DNA of 63,762 nucleotides, counting the filler, from Licmophora abbreviata (Eukaryota): NCBI GenBank assembly GCA_900291995.1. It is 17 parts of 17 records of this genome, joined end to end, with 100 filler letters (N's around TTAATTAATTAA, not from the genome) between each part and the next. Parts side by side here need not be neighbours in the genome. Positions count along the whole stretch, not along the records: positions 37,678 to 44,265 come from OLMU01003853.1; positions 44,366 to 49,261 come from OLMU01003854.1; positions 49,362 to 51,321 come from OLMU01003855.1; positions 51,422 to 53,267 come from OLMU01003857.1; 13 more parts are not named here. One strand, given 5' to 3'. Both the position numbers and the translations under genes were made by a program. This document shows positions 42,476 through 53,001 of this stretch, in pieces. The notes below the pieces were generated by a model. It did no database searches and was not told the origin of the DNA. It saw nothing but the letters and a program-made list of their open reading frames with translations. Each line of letters opens with the position of its first letter. Positions within the stretch are counted from its first letter, which is position 1.

Positions 42476-42871
42476 TCAGGCCCCCGCCAGCCGCACCAGA
42501 ACCACCGCCGCCCCGCCGATATGGGCCAGCGTGATCGCGACCGAGAGGCCGTGCAGCCATTTGAACCGGCGCTTTTTCCCGGCATCGGTGGCCGCATTGA
42601 TCGCGGGCATCAGGATTTGCCGTGCATAGACCGTGCTCAGGACGATCCCCGCCATGATCCCGGCGCCCAGAAGATCGTTCAGCGCCAGCAGCACCGCCGC
42701 CAACGTGGCGCAGGCCAGCACGAACAGATAGAAATGCGGAAAGGCCTTTCGGATCAGCGGTCCCGCCGTCTCGCCCGGCAGGGCGCTGAAGACGAAGGCG
42801 GCGAAGCCGAAGGCATAAAGCACCATGCCGCCGAAAAGCAGCGCGGTGATCAGAAGGGCGGCGATCTCCAT
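42476..42871 (-). CDS. DUF4149-like membrane protein
   Basis: Four hydrophobic helices, FPHFY, LMPAIN, FKWLHGLSV. Confidence 0.8.
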   Translation of the reverse strand: MEIAALLITALLFGGMVLYAFGFAAFVFSALPGETAGPLIRKAFPHFYLFVLACATLAAVLLALNDLLGAGIMAGIVLSTVYARQILMPAINAATDAGKKRRFKWLHGLSVAITLAHIGGAAVVLVRLAGA

Positions 42872-42938
42872 GGGGGTGTCCTCCGTGCAGGTACCGCGGG
42901 GGACATAGCACAGCCGGTCGGACCGGCCAGAGGCCGCG

Positions 42939-43283
42939 TCACTCCACCGCGCGGATCAGCTTGCGCTCCAGAACGCGCAGCACGGTGCGCAGGTCATGCC
43001 CGCGCTTGAGCACCTGTCCATCCATGCCGATCACCGCATATTGCCCCTGCCGGTTGCGCAGGCGCGGGCGTTTTTCGATGCGGTAGAGCGGGTGTTCGGC
43101 GGTTCTGCGAAAGACCGAAAAGACGGCCACATCGCGCAAGCAGGAAATGCCGTAATCGCGCCATTCCCCGGCGGCGACCATGCGACCATAAACCGACAGG
43201 ATCACGCTCAGCTCCGTGCGGTGGAAAGCCACCGGTTCCGGGGCGCCACGGGCCGGAAACTGGGAAGGCGATTGAAACGTCAT
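42939..43283 (-). CDS. DUF2794 family protein
   Basis: YGRMVAAGEWRDY, PLYRIEK, LKRGHDL. Confidence 0.88.
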   Translation of the reverse strand: MTFQSPSQFPARGAPEPVAFHRTELSVILSVYGRMVAAGEWRDYGISCLRDVAVFSVFRRTAEHPLYRIEKRPRLRNRQGQYAVIGMDGQVLKRGHDLRTVLRVLERKLIRAVE

Positions 43284-43408
43284 GCTGCAGAGTTGCGCCG
43301 CGCTGCGCGCAAATCAAGACAATTCGTGCGCGCCGCCGGACAGGATTTTTTTCGCAGAAAAAACCAGCCCGGAAAATTCGCGAATTTTCTCGGCCCCCGA
43401 GCTGCGGA

Positions 43409-44756
43409 TCACGCGAACCTGCCCTGGCAGAACCAGCCCGAACTCAAGCCCGCGCCATGGGCATAGAACAGCCACAGCCGGTCGCCCCGCGCAGTGGTCA
43501 CCTGCCAGTAGTCGCGCACTCCGCTGCGCCAATCGGGCTCGTCCAGCCACCATTCCGGCGCGATGCGCTCCGGGCCTGTGGCGCCGATCAGATCATGTGC
43601 CCGTCCGCGCCAGCGAAAGCGATCGGGCGGGGTGGGGCGGTCGGGCGCCATCACCGGTTCGGGGCGGCACATCATCAGCGGGCGGGGCACGGGTGGCGCG
43701 GGCCAGCCTGTCGCCGGCTCCGACCAGGCCGCCGCCAGCACCTGCGCGGTCTTTTCCGGGATATGGCTGCTGGCGGGATGGCGCCGGGTGATCGCCTCCA
43801 GCCCGATCCGTCCGCCGATCCGGCCCATCAGGTCTTCCAGCCCCGTCTCACCGGCCATCCGCGCGCGGGCCGCCTCGGTCGCGCCGACATGGCCCGTGAC
43901 AGTGCGCGCATGCACCGGTTCGGTCTGCACCGCCTCCAGGCGCAGGATGTCGATGCCGAAGCCCGCGTCGATCTCGTCCAGCTTCATCGCCAGAAGCGGA
44001 CGGATGCGCTCGGGCGCCTGTGCCGCGCGCGCCAGCCCCAGCTCGACGCTCTGCACCGTGTCGTCCACCCGCCACGCCTGCAGCCGGATCCGGCGCGCGC
44101 CCTGACCCCTGTCGCGCAGCCGGTGGCACAGGCGCGGCAGCAGCCGGTCCAGCGCGGCCAGGATATCCTCGGTCATCCCGATCGGCTCGGGCAGGGTCAG
44201 CCGGGTCGCGAAATGCGGCGCCTCGCGCTGCGGCGAGACCGGTTCGGGCACCGCGCCAAGCGCCTNNNNNNNNNNNNNNNNNNNNNNNNNNNNNNNNNNN
44301 NNNNNNNNNTTAATTAATTAANNNNNNNNNNNNNNNNNNNNNNNNNNNNNNNNNNNNNNNNNNNNCCTGCGCCAGCCGCTCCATCAGCACCGCCTCGCCC
44401 CCGAAAAGATGCGCGCAACCGGTGATATCAAGCGCCAGCCCGTCCGCGCCCTGTGCCGCCACCCAAGGAGAGAAGTGCCCCGCCCACCGCACAAGCGCCT
44501 GCAGAAACGCGGCCTCGGCCTGTGCGTTCCGCGTCCGCGTCACCAGCCCCGCACACATGGCATGGGCATCGCGCAACGGCTGGCCCGCGCGCAGCCCCGC
44601 CGCTGTGGCCTTCGCCGACAGGGACGACAGGATCTGCGTCTGCCCGGTCTGATCGACCACGGCAAAGGGCAGGTCATGACCCTCCCCGATCCGGCGCAAC
44701 AGGCGCTCGGCTCCGAGGCGGGGAAACCAGACAGACAGAATGCGACGGGCGGGCAT
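43409..44756 (-). CDS. imuB: Y-family polymerase-like ImuB (spans gap)
   Basis: RRILSVWFP, FSPWVA..G.DGL.LDITGCAHLFGGE, C-terminal GPERIAPEWW...RDYW. Confidence 0.9.
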
Positions 44757-44766
44757 GGCAGCATAT

Positions 44767-44781
44767 GTTCACTATTTGTTC
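44767..44781 (-). promoter_or_regulatory. LexA (SOS) box upstream of imuB
   Basis: Perfect GTTC-actattt-GTTC, 10 nt from the ATG. Confidence 0.9.
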
Positions 44782-44830
44782 CAAATCTAGGCCGCCCATC
44801 GCCCCGAGTCGAGTCCCGATGCGCCGCGCC

Positions 44831-45094
44831 TCATCCGCACCACAGCCGGGTGATCCGCCCCGCCTCATCCAGCTCTACATTCAGGCGCTCGGGCCGGTGA
44901 TCCATCGTCATCATCGCGCCGGGCGGCAGCACCCGGACCGGTCCTTCGAGCGCCATGCCGTCCAGCGCCTCGCCCGGCTGGCCGCGCAGCATCTGCAGCG
45001 CCCCGGCGCCGCACGCGTCCGATGGCGCGGGCTCCTGTTGCACGCAGCCCGTCAGCATCAGCCCAGCCAGCCCCGCCATTATCCGCTGTCGCAT
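44831..45094 (-). CDS. Peptidase inhibitor I78 family lipoprotein
   Basis: Lipobox LTGC; RVLPPG..MTMDHRPERLNV; terminal CG. Confidence 0.88.
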   Translation of the reverse strand: MRQRIMAGLAGLMLTGCVQQEPAPSDACGAGALQMLRGQPGEALDGMALEGPVRVLPPGAMMTMDHRPERLNVELDEAGRITRLWCG

Positions 45095-45207
45095 GACATC
45101 CCTCCCCAAGGCCCTTATCCTGTCGCCCCTCCCCGGCCCACGCCATCATTGAAACCCGGCGCGCTTTGCCGCAAAGTCCCCCGAAACCGGAACGAGAGGA
45201 CATCCCA

Positions 45208-46179
45208 ATGCGTACCACAGCCGCCGTCGCCGTCGAAGCGGGCAAACCGCTCGAGATCATGGATGTGAACCTGGATGGCCCCAAGGCGGGCGAAGTCCTG
45301 GTCGAGGTGAAGGCCACGGGCCTGTGCCACACCGATGATTTCACCCTCTCGGGCGCCGATCCCGAAGGGCTCTTTCCCGCGATTCTCGGCCATGAAGGCG
45401 CCGGCGTCGTGGTCGAGGTCGGCCCCGGCGTCACGAGCCTCGAGGTGGGCGATCACGTGATCCCGCTCTACACGCCGGAATGCCGGACATGTGAATATTG
45501 CCTCAACCCCAAGACCAACCTGTGCCAGTCGATCCGCTCGACCCAAGGGCAGGGGCTGATGCCCGATGGCACCTCGCGTTTTTCCATGCTCGATGGCACG
45601 CCGATCCTGCATTACATGGGCTGTTCGACCTTCGCCAATCATACGGTTCTGCCGGAAATCGCGCTGGCCAAGGTGCGCCGCGACGCGCCCTTCGACAAGA
45701 TCTGCTATATCGGCTGCGGTGTCACCACCGGCATCGGGGCTGTCATCAACACCGCCAAGGTGGAAATCGGCAGCCGCGCCATCGTCTTCGGGCTTGGCGG
45801 CATCGGCCTCAACGTGATCCAGGGGCTTCGCCTTGCGGGCGCCGATCAGATCGTCGGCGTCGATCTCAACCCCGGCAAGGTCGAGATGGCCACCCGCTTC
45901 GGCATGACCGATTTCGTCAACCCCTCCGAGGTCGAGGGCGATCTGGTGGCGCATCTCGTGGCGCTGACCGGCGGTGGCGGCGATTACACCTTCGATGCCA
46001 CCGGCAATGTCGGCGTGATGCGCACAGCGCTTGAATCCGCGCATAAGGGCTGGGGCGAATCGATCATCATCGGCGTGGCCCCCGCAGGTGCCGAGATCTC
46101 CACCCGCCCCTTCCAGCTGGTCACCGGCCGTGTCTGGAAAGGCACCGCCTTCGGTGGCGCGCGCGGGCGCACGGATGTG

Positions 46180-46227
<48 letters not shown>

Positions 46228-46320
46228 ATGATCACCCATACGCTCAAGCTCGACGAGATCAACAAGGGCTTCGACATGATGCATGCGGGCGAATCGATCC
46301 GCAGCGTCGTGGTCTACTGA
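45208..46320 (+). CDS. frmA: S-(hydroxymethyl)glutathione dehydrogenase (class III ADH)
   Basis: GLCHTD, GHEGAG, structural Zn cysteines, [10 protein letters not shown]. Confidence 0.95.
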
Positions 46321-46326
46321 TCTGTG

Positions 46327-46359
46327 ACTGGTCCTGATCCGGTCAGGGTCAGGGCCAGT
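46327..46359 (+). terminator. Hairpin after frmA
   Basis: ACTGGTCCTGA...TCAGGGCCAGT. Confidence 0.4.
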
Positions 46360-46487
46360 GTCGGAGCCGTTCTCAGGGCCGGGCCTGCACAGGCGCCTGT
46401 GCGCCGTCGCAGATTGCATCATGCGCCCAACCGGTTACCTGTTATCGCAACTTCATCGACAGCCCGCCTTTCAGAAGGACGCAGCAC

Positions 46488-47363
46488 ATGAGCGACACCA
46501 ACAGCTACACGCCCCCCAAGGTCTGGACATGGCAAACCGAATCGGGCGGCAGATTCGCCTCGATCAACCGGCCCATCGCGGGCGCGACCCATGACAAGGA
46601 CCTGCCGGTAGGGGATCACCCGTTCCAGCTCTATTCGATGGGCACCCCCAACGGGGTCAAGGTCACCGTGATGTTCGAAGAGCTTCTCGCCGCAGGCCAT
46701 GACGCCGAATATGACGCTTGGCTCATCCGCATCACCGAAGGCGACCAGTTCTCCAGCGGCTTTGTCGAGATCAACCCCAATTCCAAGATCCCCGCGCTGG
46801 TGGACCGCACCGGGGCGGAACCGCTTCGGGTGTTCGAATCCGGCTCTATCCTGCTGCATCTTGCCGAGAAATTCGGCGCTTTCCTGCCCGCCTCCGGCCC
46901 CGCCCGCACCGAGGTTCTCAACTGGCTCTTCTGGCAGATGGGCAGCGCGCCCTATCTGGGCGGCGGTTTCGGGCATTTCTACCAATATGCGCCCGAGAAA
47001 TGGCAGTATCCGATCGACCGCTTCACCATGGAAACCAAGCGCCAGCTCGATGTGCTCGACCGCCAGCTGGCCGAGCGGCCCTTCATCGCCGGTGACGACT
47101 ATTCCATCGCCGACATGGCGATCTGGCCCTGGTATGGCAACCTGGTGCTCGGGCGCCAATATGGCGACGCGGCCACCTTCCTCGAGGCCGACAGCTATGA
47201 AAACGTGATGGCCTGGGCGAAAAAGCTCGATGCCCGCCCGGCGGTGCAGCGCGGCCGCATGGTCAACCGCACCAGCGGCGCGCCGCATGAGCAATTGCTG
47301 GAACGTCACGCCGCCTCGGATTTCGACACCCGCACCCAGGACAAGATCGGCACGCCCGACTGA
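46488..47363 (+). CDS. yghU: Glutathione-dependent disulfide-bond oxidoreductase
   Basis: YTPPKVW, INRPIAG, TPNG, NPNSKIP. Confidence 0.92.
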   Translation: MSDTNSYTPPKVWTWQTESGGRFASINRPIAGATHDKDLPVGDHPFQLYSMGTPNGVKVTVMFEELLAAGHDAEYDAWLIRITEGDQFSSGFVEINPNSKIPALVDRTGAEPLRVFESGSILLHLAEKFGAFLPASGPARTEVLNWLFWQMGSAPYLGGGFGHFYQYAPEKWQYPIDRFTMETKRQLDVLDRQLAERPFIAGDDYSIADMAIWPWYGNLVLGRQYGDAATFLEADSYENVMAWAKKLDARPAVQRGRMVNRTSGAPHEQLLERHAASDFDTRTQDKIGTPD

Positions 47364-47398
47364 TCCGCCACCGCACCCCCTTGGGGAAAGGACGCGCC

Positions 47399-48097
47399 AT
47401 GCCCGACCGAACGCCTCTTCTGGCCGTCCTGATCGACGCCGACAACACATCGCCGAAATGGACCCGTGCGATCTTCGAAGAGATCGCCGCCATCGGCGAG
47501 GCCAGCGTGCGCCGCTGCTATGGCGATTTCTCGTCCCAGCAAATGAGCGGCTGGAACAAGGTGCAGGCCGAATTCGGCCTCGTCCCGCATCACCAGCCCG
47601 CCAATACCGTGGGCAAGAACGCCTCGGATATCGCTCTGGTGATCGACGCGATGGACCTCATGCATTCGAGCCGCTTCGACGGCTTCGTTCTGGTCAGCTC
47701 CGACAGCGATTTCACCCGGCTCGCCAGCCGCATCCGCGAACAGGGGCTCGAGGTCTACGGCATCGGCGCCCGCAAGACCCCCGAGGCGTTCCGCAAGGCC
47801 TGCAAACGGTTCATCTATCTTGAAAACCTCGGCTCCGAAGGCGCCGAAACACCCGCGCCCACCGCTGGCAAGAACCTCACTGAGGCGCGCGACCTGCTGT
47901 TTCGCGCCATGGACAGCATCGATCAGGACAGCGACTGGTATGCGCTCGGCCGTCTCGGCCAGCAGGTCACCGCCGCCAATCCCGATTTCGACACCCGCAC
48001 CTATGGGCACCGCAAGCTCAGCGATCTGGTGGCGGCGATCAAGGTTCTGGAAACCCGCCGCGAGGGCAATCATCTCTATGTGCGCCGGGTCGACTGA
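47399..48097 (+). CDS. NYN domain protein with OST-HTH/LOTUS domain
   Basis: LIDADN, GKNASD, SSDSDF, PDFDTRTYGHRKLSDL. Confidence 0.92.
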   Translation: MPDRTPLLAVLIDADNTSPKWTRAIFEEIAAIGEASVRRCYGDFSSQQMSGWNKVQAEFGLVPHHQPANTVGKNASDIALVIDAMDLMHSSRFDGFVLVSSDSDFTRLASRIREQGLEVYGIGARKTPEAFRKACKRFIYLENLGSEGAETPAPTAGKNLTEARDLLFRAMDSIDQDSDWYALGRLGQQVTAANPDFDTRTYGHRKLSDLVAAIKVLETRREGNHLYVRRVD

Positions 48098-48103
48098 GCC
48101 GGG

Positions 48104-48177
48104 GTTTCTTCTGGCCTGAAATATCCCGGGGGAGGCGTTGAAATCCCCTTCGGATTTCAACGGCGGGGGCTGGCCCC
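48104..48177 (+). repeat. Small intergenic repeat with an internal hairpin
   Basis: GTTTCTTCTGGCCTGAAATATCCCGGGGGAG..GGGGCTGGCCCC; arms nearly identical to the reverse complement of 60851-60900. Confidence 0.85.
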
Positions 48178-48198
48178 TTTTCCCCGATCAGCCCTGTG

Positions 48199-49074
48199 TC
48201 AGTTAATCAGCCCGGCATGGCGCAGCGCGTCATCCACCAGCGCGCGGGTCGGATCGGTCAGCCCCACCAGCGGCGAGCGCACCTCTTCGCTGCACAGCCC
48301 CAGCCGCGACATGGCGTATTTCGCCCCCACCAGCCCCGGCTCCTTGAAGATCGCCAGATGCAGCGGCATCAGCCGGTCCTGAAGCTCCAGTGCGGTGGCA
48401 TAATCGCCCGCCAGCGTCGCCTCCTGCACCTGCGCCACCAGCTTCGGCGCCACATTGGCCGTGACCGAGATCACGCCCTGACCGCCTTGCGCGTTGAAGC
48501 CATGGGCGGTCCCATCCTCGCCCGAGATCTGCACGAAATCCGGCCCGCAGGTGATGCGCTGCTGGCTCACGCGCGCCAGATCGCCGGTGGCGTCCTTCAC
48601 GCCCACGATCCTCGGTAGCTTGGCCAGCTGCCCCATGGTCTCGGGCGTCATGTCCACGACCGACCGGCCGGGGATGTTGTAGATGATGATCGGCAACTCA
48701 CAGCAATCGTGCAGGGCCGTGAAATGCGCGATCAGCCCGGCTTGGGTGGGCTTGTTGTAATAGGGCGTCACCACCAAAGCCGCATCCGCGCCGACCTTGT
48801 GGGCGTGCTGCATGAAGCGGATCGATTCCAGCGTGTTGTTGCTGCCTGCGCCCGCGATCACCGGCACCCGGCCCGCGACGGCGCGCACCACTTCCTCGAC
48901 CACGGTCTCGTGCTCTTCATGGGTGAGCGTCGGGCTCTCGCCCGTCGTGCCCACTGGCACCAGCCCGTTGCTGCCCTCGCCGATATGCCATTCGACAAGT
49001 TTTTTCAGCGTGTCCAGATCCAGCTCGCCGTTCTTGAACGGCGTGACCAGGGCAGGAAAAGATCCTTTGAACAT
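48199..49074 (-). CDS. dapA: 4-hydroxy-tetrahydrodipicolinate synthase
   Basis: GTTGES, PYYNKP, YNIPGRS, GVKDATG. Confidence 0.97.
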   Translation of the reverse strand: MFKGSFPALVTPFKNGELDLDTLKKLVEWHIGEGSNGLVPVGTTGESPTLTHEEHETVVEEVVRAVAGRVPVIAGAGSNNTLESIRFMQHAHKVGADAALVVTPYYNKPTQAGLIAHFTALHDCCELPIIIYNIPGRSVVDMTPETMGQLAKLPRIVGVKDATGDLARVSQQRITCGPDFVQISGEDGTAHGFNAQGGQGVISVTANVAPKLVAQVQEATLAGDYATALELQDRLMPLHLAIFKEPGLVGAKYAMSRLGLCSEEVRSPLVGLTDPTRALVDDALRHAGLIN

Positions 49075-49383
49075 GACACGCTCCTTTTGTTTCCATCGTT
49101 CCTCGGGGCCTTGGCACCCGAACCGGCCTTGATCCGCGTGCGGCCCCGGCAAGGGTCCGCCAGCCTGCCGAGTTTGTGAATGGACGACAGCGCCGCGCGG
49201 GCTTAGGCTGGCGCTGTCTATCCTTCGCCTTTGCGGGAAATGCAAGTGATGTTGCGCGTTCNNNNNNNNNNNNNNNNNNNNNNNNNNNNNNNNNNNNNNN
49301 NNNNNTTAATTAATTAANNNNNNNNNNNNNNNNNNNNNNNNNNNNNNNNNNNNNNNNNNNNGCCTTTGCGGGAAATGCAAGTG

Positions 49384-51321
49384 ATGTTGCGCGTTCTTTG
49401 CCTTGTTCTGGGGGTGGCCTGCCTTGCCGCGCCGGCCCTTGCGGCCGATCCGCGGCCCGCAGCGCCGCGCCCGCTGGCCAGCGCCCTTCATGCGATGGAG
49501 GGCGGACGATGGGACGTGGCCGCGCGCCTTGCCGCCCGCGACGGTCCCGTCGCCGAGGTGCTGATCGAATGGTATCGCCTGAGCGCCGGTCGCGGCACCC
49601 CCGCCGAGGTGCTCGCCTTTCTGTCCGATCATCCCGAGTGGCTCGGCCTCGATTACCTGCGGCGCCAGTCCGAAAAGGCGCTGGCCGACACCGGCACCGA
49701 CGCGCAGATCCTGCAATTCTTCTCGGGTGGCGTCCTGCCCCAGACCGGCGCCGGCGCTTTGGCCCATGCCCGCGTCCTGATGGCCGAGGACCGCACCGGC
49801 GAGGCCGAGGCGACGCTGGCACTCGCCTGGCTGACGATGGATCTCACCGAAGACGAGCACGACGCCTTCATCCAAGCGCATGGTCCCTTGCTCGCGCAGC
49901 ACCATGTCACCCGGCTTGACATGGCGCTCTGGCGCGGCTTGCGTGATGTGCGCAAGATGCTGCCTCTGGTGCCCGAAGACCGTGCAACGGTCGCCCGCCT
50001 GCGCGCCGCCATTCAGGATGGCACAAGCAGCGCCTCCGACATCCCCGAGCGGCTGCGCGACGATCCGCTCCTGACCCATGCACTCTTCATGCGTCACCTC
50101 GATCGCGGCGAGAGTGAACAGGCCATCGCCGTCATCCTCAAGCAAAGCCGCGCCGAGATCGGTCTGGGCGAGCCTGACAGATGGTCGGGCTGGCGGCGCT
50201 ATCTGGCGCGGGCGCAGATGCGCGATGGCAACCCCCAGACCGCCTATGCGCTGGCCGCGCAGCACGGGCTGGTCAACGGATCGTCCTATGCCGATCTGGA
50301 ATGGCTCTCGGGCTATCTGGCGATGACCTATCTGGGCGATCCGGCGCTGGCGCTCGACCATTTCCAGCGGTTTCGTGCCTCGGTGGATTCGCCGATCTCG
50401 CTTGGCCGCGCGGGATACTGGATCGGCCGCGCCCAAGAGGCGCTCGGCGATCCCGAAGCCGCGCAAATCGCCTATCGTCAGGGGGCCGAGCATCAGACCA
50501 GCTTCTATGGCCTGCTGGCCGCCGAAAAGGCCGGGGTGTCCGCCGATCCCGCCCTTGCCGGTGCGCAGGACTGGCCCGACTGGCGACAGGCCGGGTTCGT
50601 GCAGACCCCGCTCTACAAGGCCGCCGTTCTGGCGCTGGCCGCGAACGAGTTGAACCTCGCCGAACGCCTCTTCGTACAGCTCTCGACCACGCAGGACCCG
50701 CAGGGTCTGGGCCAGATGGGCGACATGCTGGCCGATCTGGGCCAGCCGCATCTGCAGGTCATGCTGGGCAAGGCCGCAGCACAGCGCGGCCTCGTGATCG
50801 AGGCGCCTTATTACGCGCTGCACCCGATGACCGAGCTCGATCTGCTGATGCCGATGGAACTGGCCCTCGCCATCGCCCGCCGCGAAAGCGAATTCGATCA
50901 CCGCGTGGTCAGCGGCGCGGGCGCCATGGGCTTGATGCAGCTGATGCCCGGCACCGCCTCGGACGTGGCGCGCGCCCTTGGCGAGACCGATCACAGCGAT
51001 TCGCGCGTGCTCAATGACTGGCGCTACAACGCGCGGCTTGGCGATGTCTATCTCGCCGGTCTGGCCGAACGGTTCGACGGCAATGTCGTGATGATGTCGG
51101 CGGGCTACAATGCCGGTCCCGGTCGTCCGACCAGCTGGATGGAGGATCGCGGCGATCCGCGCAAGGGCGACATGGACGTGATCGACTGGATCGAACACAT
51201 TCCCTTCCGTGAGACCCGCAATTACGTCATGCGCGTCGCTGAAAGCCTGCCGGTCTATCGCGCCCGTCTGGGCCAGCCGCCCCATCCGGTGCCGTTCTCG
51301 CAGGAACTGACGGGGGACACC
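49384..51321 (+). CDS. Soluble lytic transglycosylase (Slt70-like; extreme 3' end lost)
   Basis: ARRESEF, GAMGLMQLMP, AGYNAGPG, IPFRETRNYV. Confidence 0.92.
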
Positions 51322-51421
51322 NNNNNNNNNNNNNNNNNNNNNNNNNNNNNNNNNNNNNNNNNNNNTTAATTAATTAANNNNNNNNNNNNNNNNNNNNNNN
51401 NNNNNNNNNNNNNNNNNNNNN

Positions 51422-51562
51422 CTGCATATGCATTCCCGGCCTGTCCTTGACGTGGGCCATCATCGTGCCATCGCCATGGTCCATCATCTGCGCCTGTGCC
51501 GCGCCCGCACTCGTCATCAGCCCCGCACCCATGGCGAGGACCATCATCCAGTGTCGTGTCAT
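51422..51562 (-). CDS. Secreted Met/His-rich protein, N-terminal fragment only
   Basis: Signal peptide ending AQA, then QMMDHGDGTMMAH..MHM; SD AAGGGA; cut by gap. Confidence 0.65.
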
Positions 51563-51637
51563 TCTCATATCCCTTCTGCCGGGCCGCCCTCATACCGTGG
51601 GGCGCCCGCAATCCTGTCTTCGTGGTTTGGCAAAGTG

Positions 51638-52012
51638 TCAGGCAGGGACAGGCGGCGCGCGCGCGCCATAGGCTTGTGCGATCTGGCCGGGAACAAGGCT
51701 TTCGGCACGGGCCGGGGCAATGGCGCTTGTGACGCGCGCCACCGGCGGCAGCACCGGCCCCGCCAGCCCCGCCAGAGCAAGCGGAATCCCCAGATAGGGG
51801 CAGGGATCGCTGTCGGGGATGTCACCGCCCACTGGCTCTCCGTCAAGCGTGACGTAATAGACCCCGCCACCCGAACAGATCGCGATCATGTCGGGATGCG
51901 GCGCGCTCACCACGATGGGCGCCGCGATCAGCCGCAGCATCAGCACCAGCCCAAGCAGCACGGCCATCAGGCCGCGCAGACCCGTCCGGTCCTGTCGCTC
52001 GCGCCGCGTCAT
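51638..52012 (-). CDS. DUF2946-like leader protein with C-terminal RAPP motif
   Basis: Basic N-terminus plus hydrophobic helix, ICSGGG, DPCPY, ends GARAPPVPA. Confidence 0.8.
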   Translation of the reverse strand: MTRRERQDRTGLRGLMAVLLGLVLMLRLIAAPIVVSAPHPDMIAICSGGGVYYVTLDGEPVGGDIPDSDPCPYLGIPLALAGLAGPVLPPVARVTSAIAPARAESLVPGQIAQAYGARAPPVPA

Positions 52013-52134
52013 CCTCGCCGCCCCTCTGCTGACCGGGCCAGGATCGGCCAAGGTTCCAGTGCTGGAAGGTTATGCCGTGCGATCACGCGTCTGTGAACCC
52101 GGGCAAACTGCCGCAGGACCGTCTTGCAACACCC

Positions 52135-53001
52135 TTACCGCGCCTGCCTCTGCCGCCAGAGCGTGAACAGCCCCGCCCCCACGATCAACGCGGCCCCAAG
52201 CGCGACGTTCATCTCAATCGTCTCGCTGAACACCAAAATCCCCAGCGTGCTGGCAAAGACCAGCTGCAAATAGGCGAAGGGCTGCACCGAACTGGCCTCG
52301 GCCACCTCGTAGCACTTGATCAGCGTGTAATGCCCAAGCGCGCCTGTCACGCAAAGGGCTGCCATCCACACCCAATCGGGCCGGCTCATCGGCTCCCAGA
52401 ACCACAGGCCCACCGCCGTCATGGCCACCGATCCCACCGTCCCCGTCCAGAAGAACGAGGTCGCGGCGCTGTCCTTGCGCGCCACATAGCGCGTCAGCAG
52501 CCCGTAAAGCGCAAACATGAACGCCGCCATCAGCGGCACCGCCGCCTCGATCTGGAAGACGCCGAATCCCGGCTTGAGGATAATCGTCACCCCGATGAAC
52601 CCCACCCCGATCGCCACCCATCGCCGCCAGCCTACCCGCTCGCCCAGCACCGGCCCCGACAGCGCCGCGATCAGCAGCGGGTAGCAGGCAAAGACCGCGT
52701 GGCTTTCCACCAGCCCCAGCATGGTAAAGCCAAAGATCATGACGCAGATCTCGGTCACCAGAAGCAGCGCGCGAAACCCCTGCATCAGCGGTTGTTCGGT
52801 CCTTGCCGCCGCGCGCAGGCCGCCAGCCTTGCGGGCCGCCACGGCGATCACGAAGGCGGCAAAGAACCAATAGCGGATCATCACCACCATCAGCACGTTG
52901 TATTCCCCGGCCAGATGCCGCGAAATGCCGTCCTGCACGGCGAAAATGAAAGTGGTCGCCACCATCAGCATGATGCCAAGGCGGGTGTTCTGTTCGGTCA
53001 T
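52135..53001 (-). CDS. DMT/EamA family transporter
   Basis: LGERVGWRRW, IILKPG, QPFAYLQLV. Confidence 0.9.
   Translation of the reverse strand: MTEQNTRLGIMLMVATTFIFAVQDGISRHLAGEYNVLMVVMIRYWFFAAFVIAVAARKAGGLRAAARTEQPLMQGFRALLLVTEICVMIFGFTMLGLVESHAVFACYPLLIAALSGPVLGERVGWRRWVAIGVGFIGVTIILKPGFGVFQIEAAVPLMAAFMFALYGLLTRYVARKDSAATSFFWTGTVGSVAMTAVGLWFWEPMSRPDWVWMAALCVTGALGHYTLIKCYEVAEASSVQPFAYLQLVFASTLGILVFSETIEMNVALGAALIVGAGLFTLWRQRQAR

Noticed and set aside
49227..49396. 35-nt direct repeat at the transglycosylase start
   Set aside because: Contig-end overlap artefact
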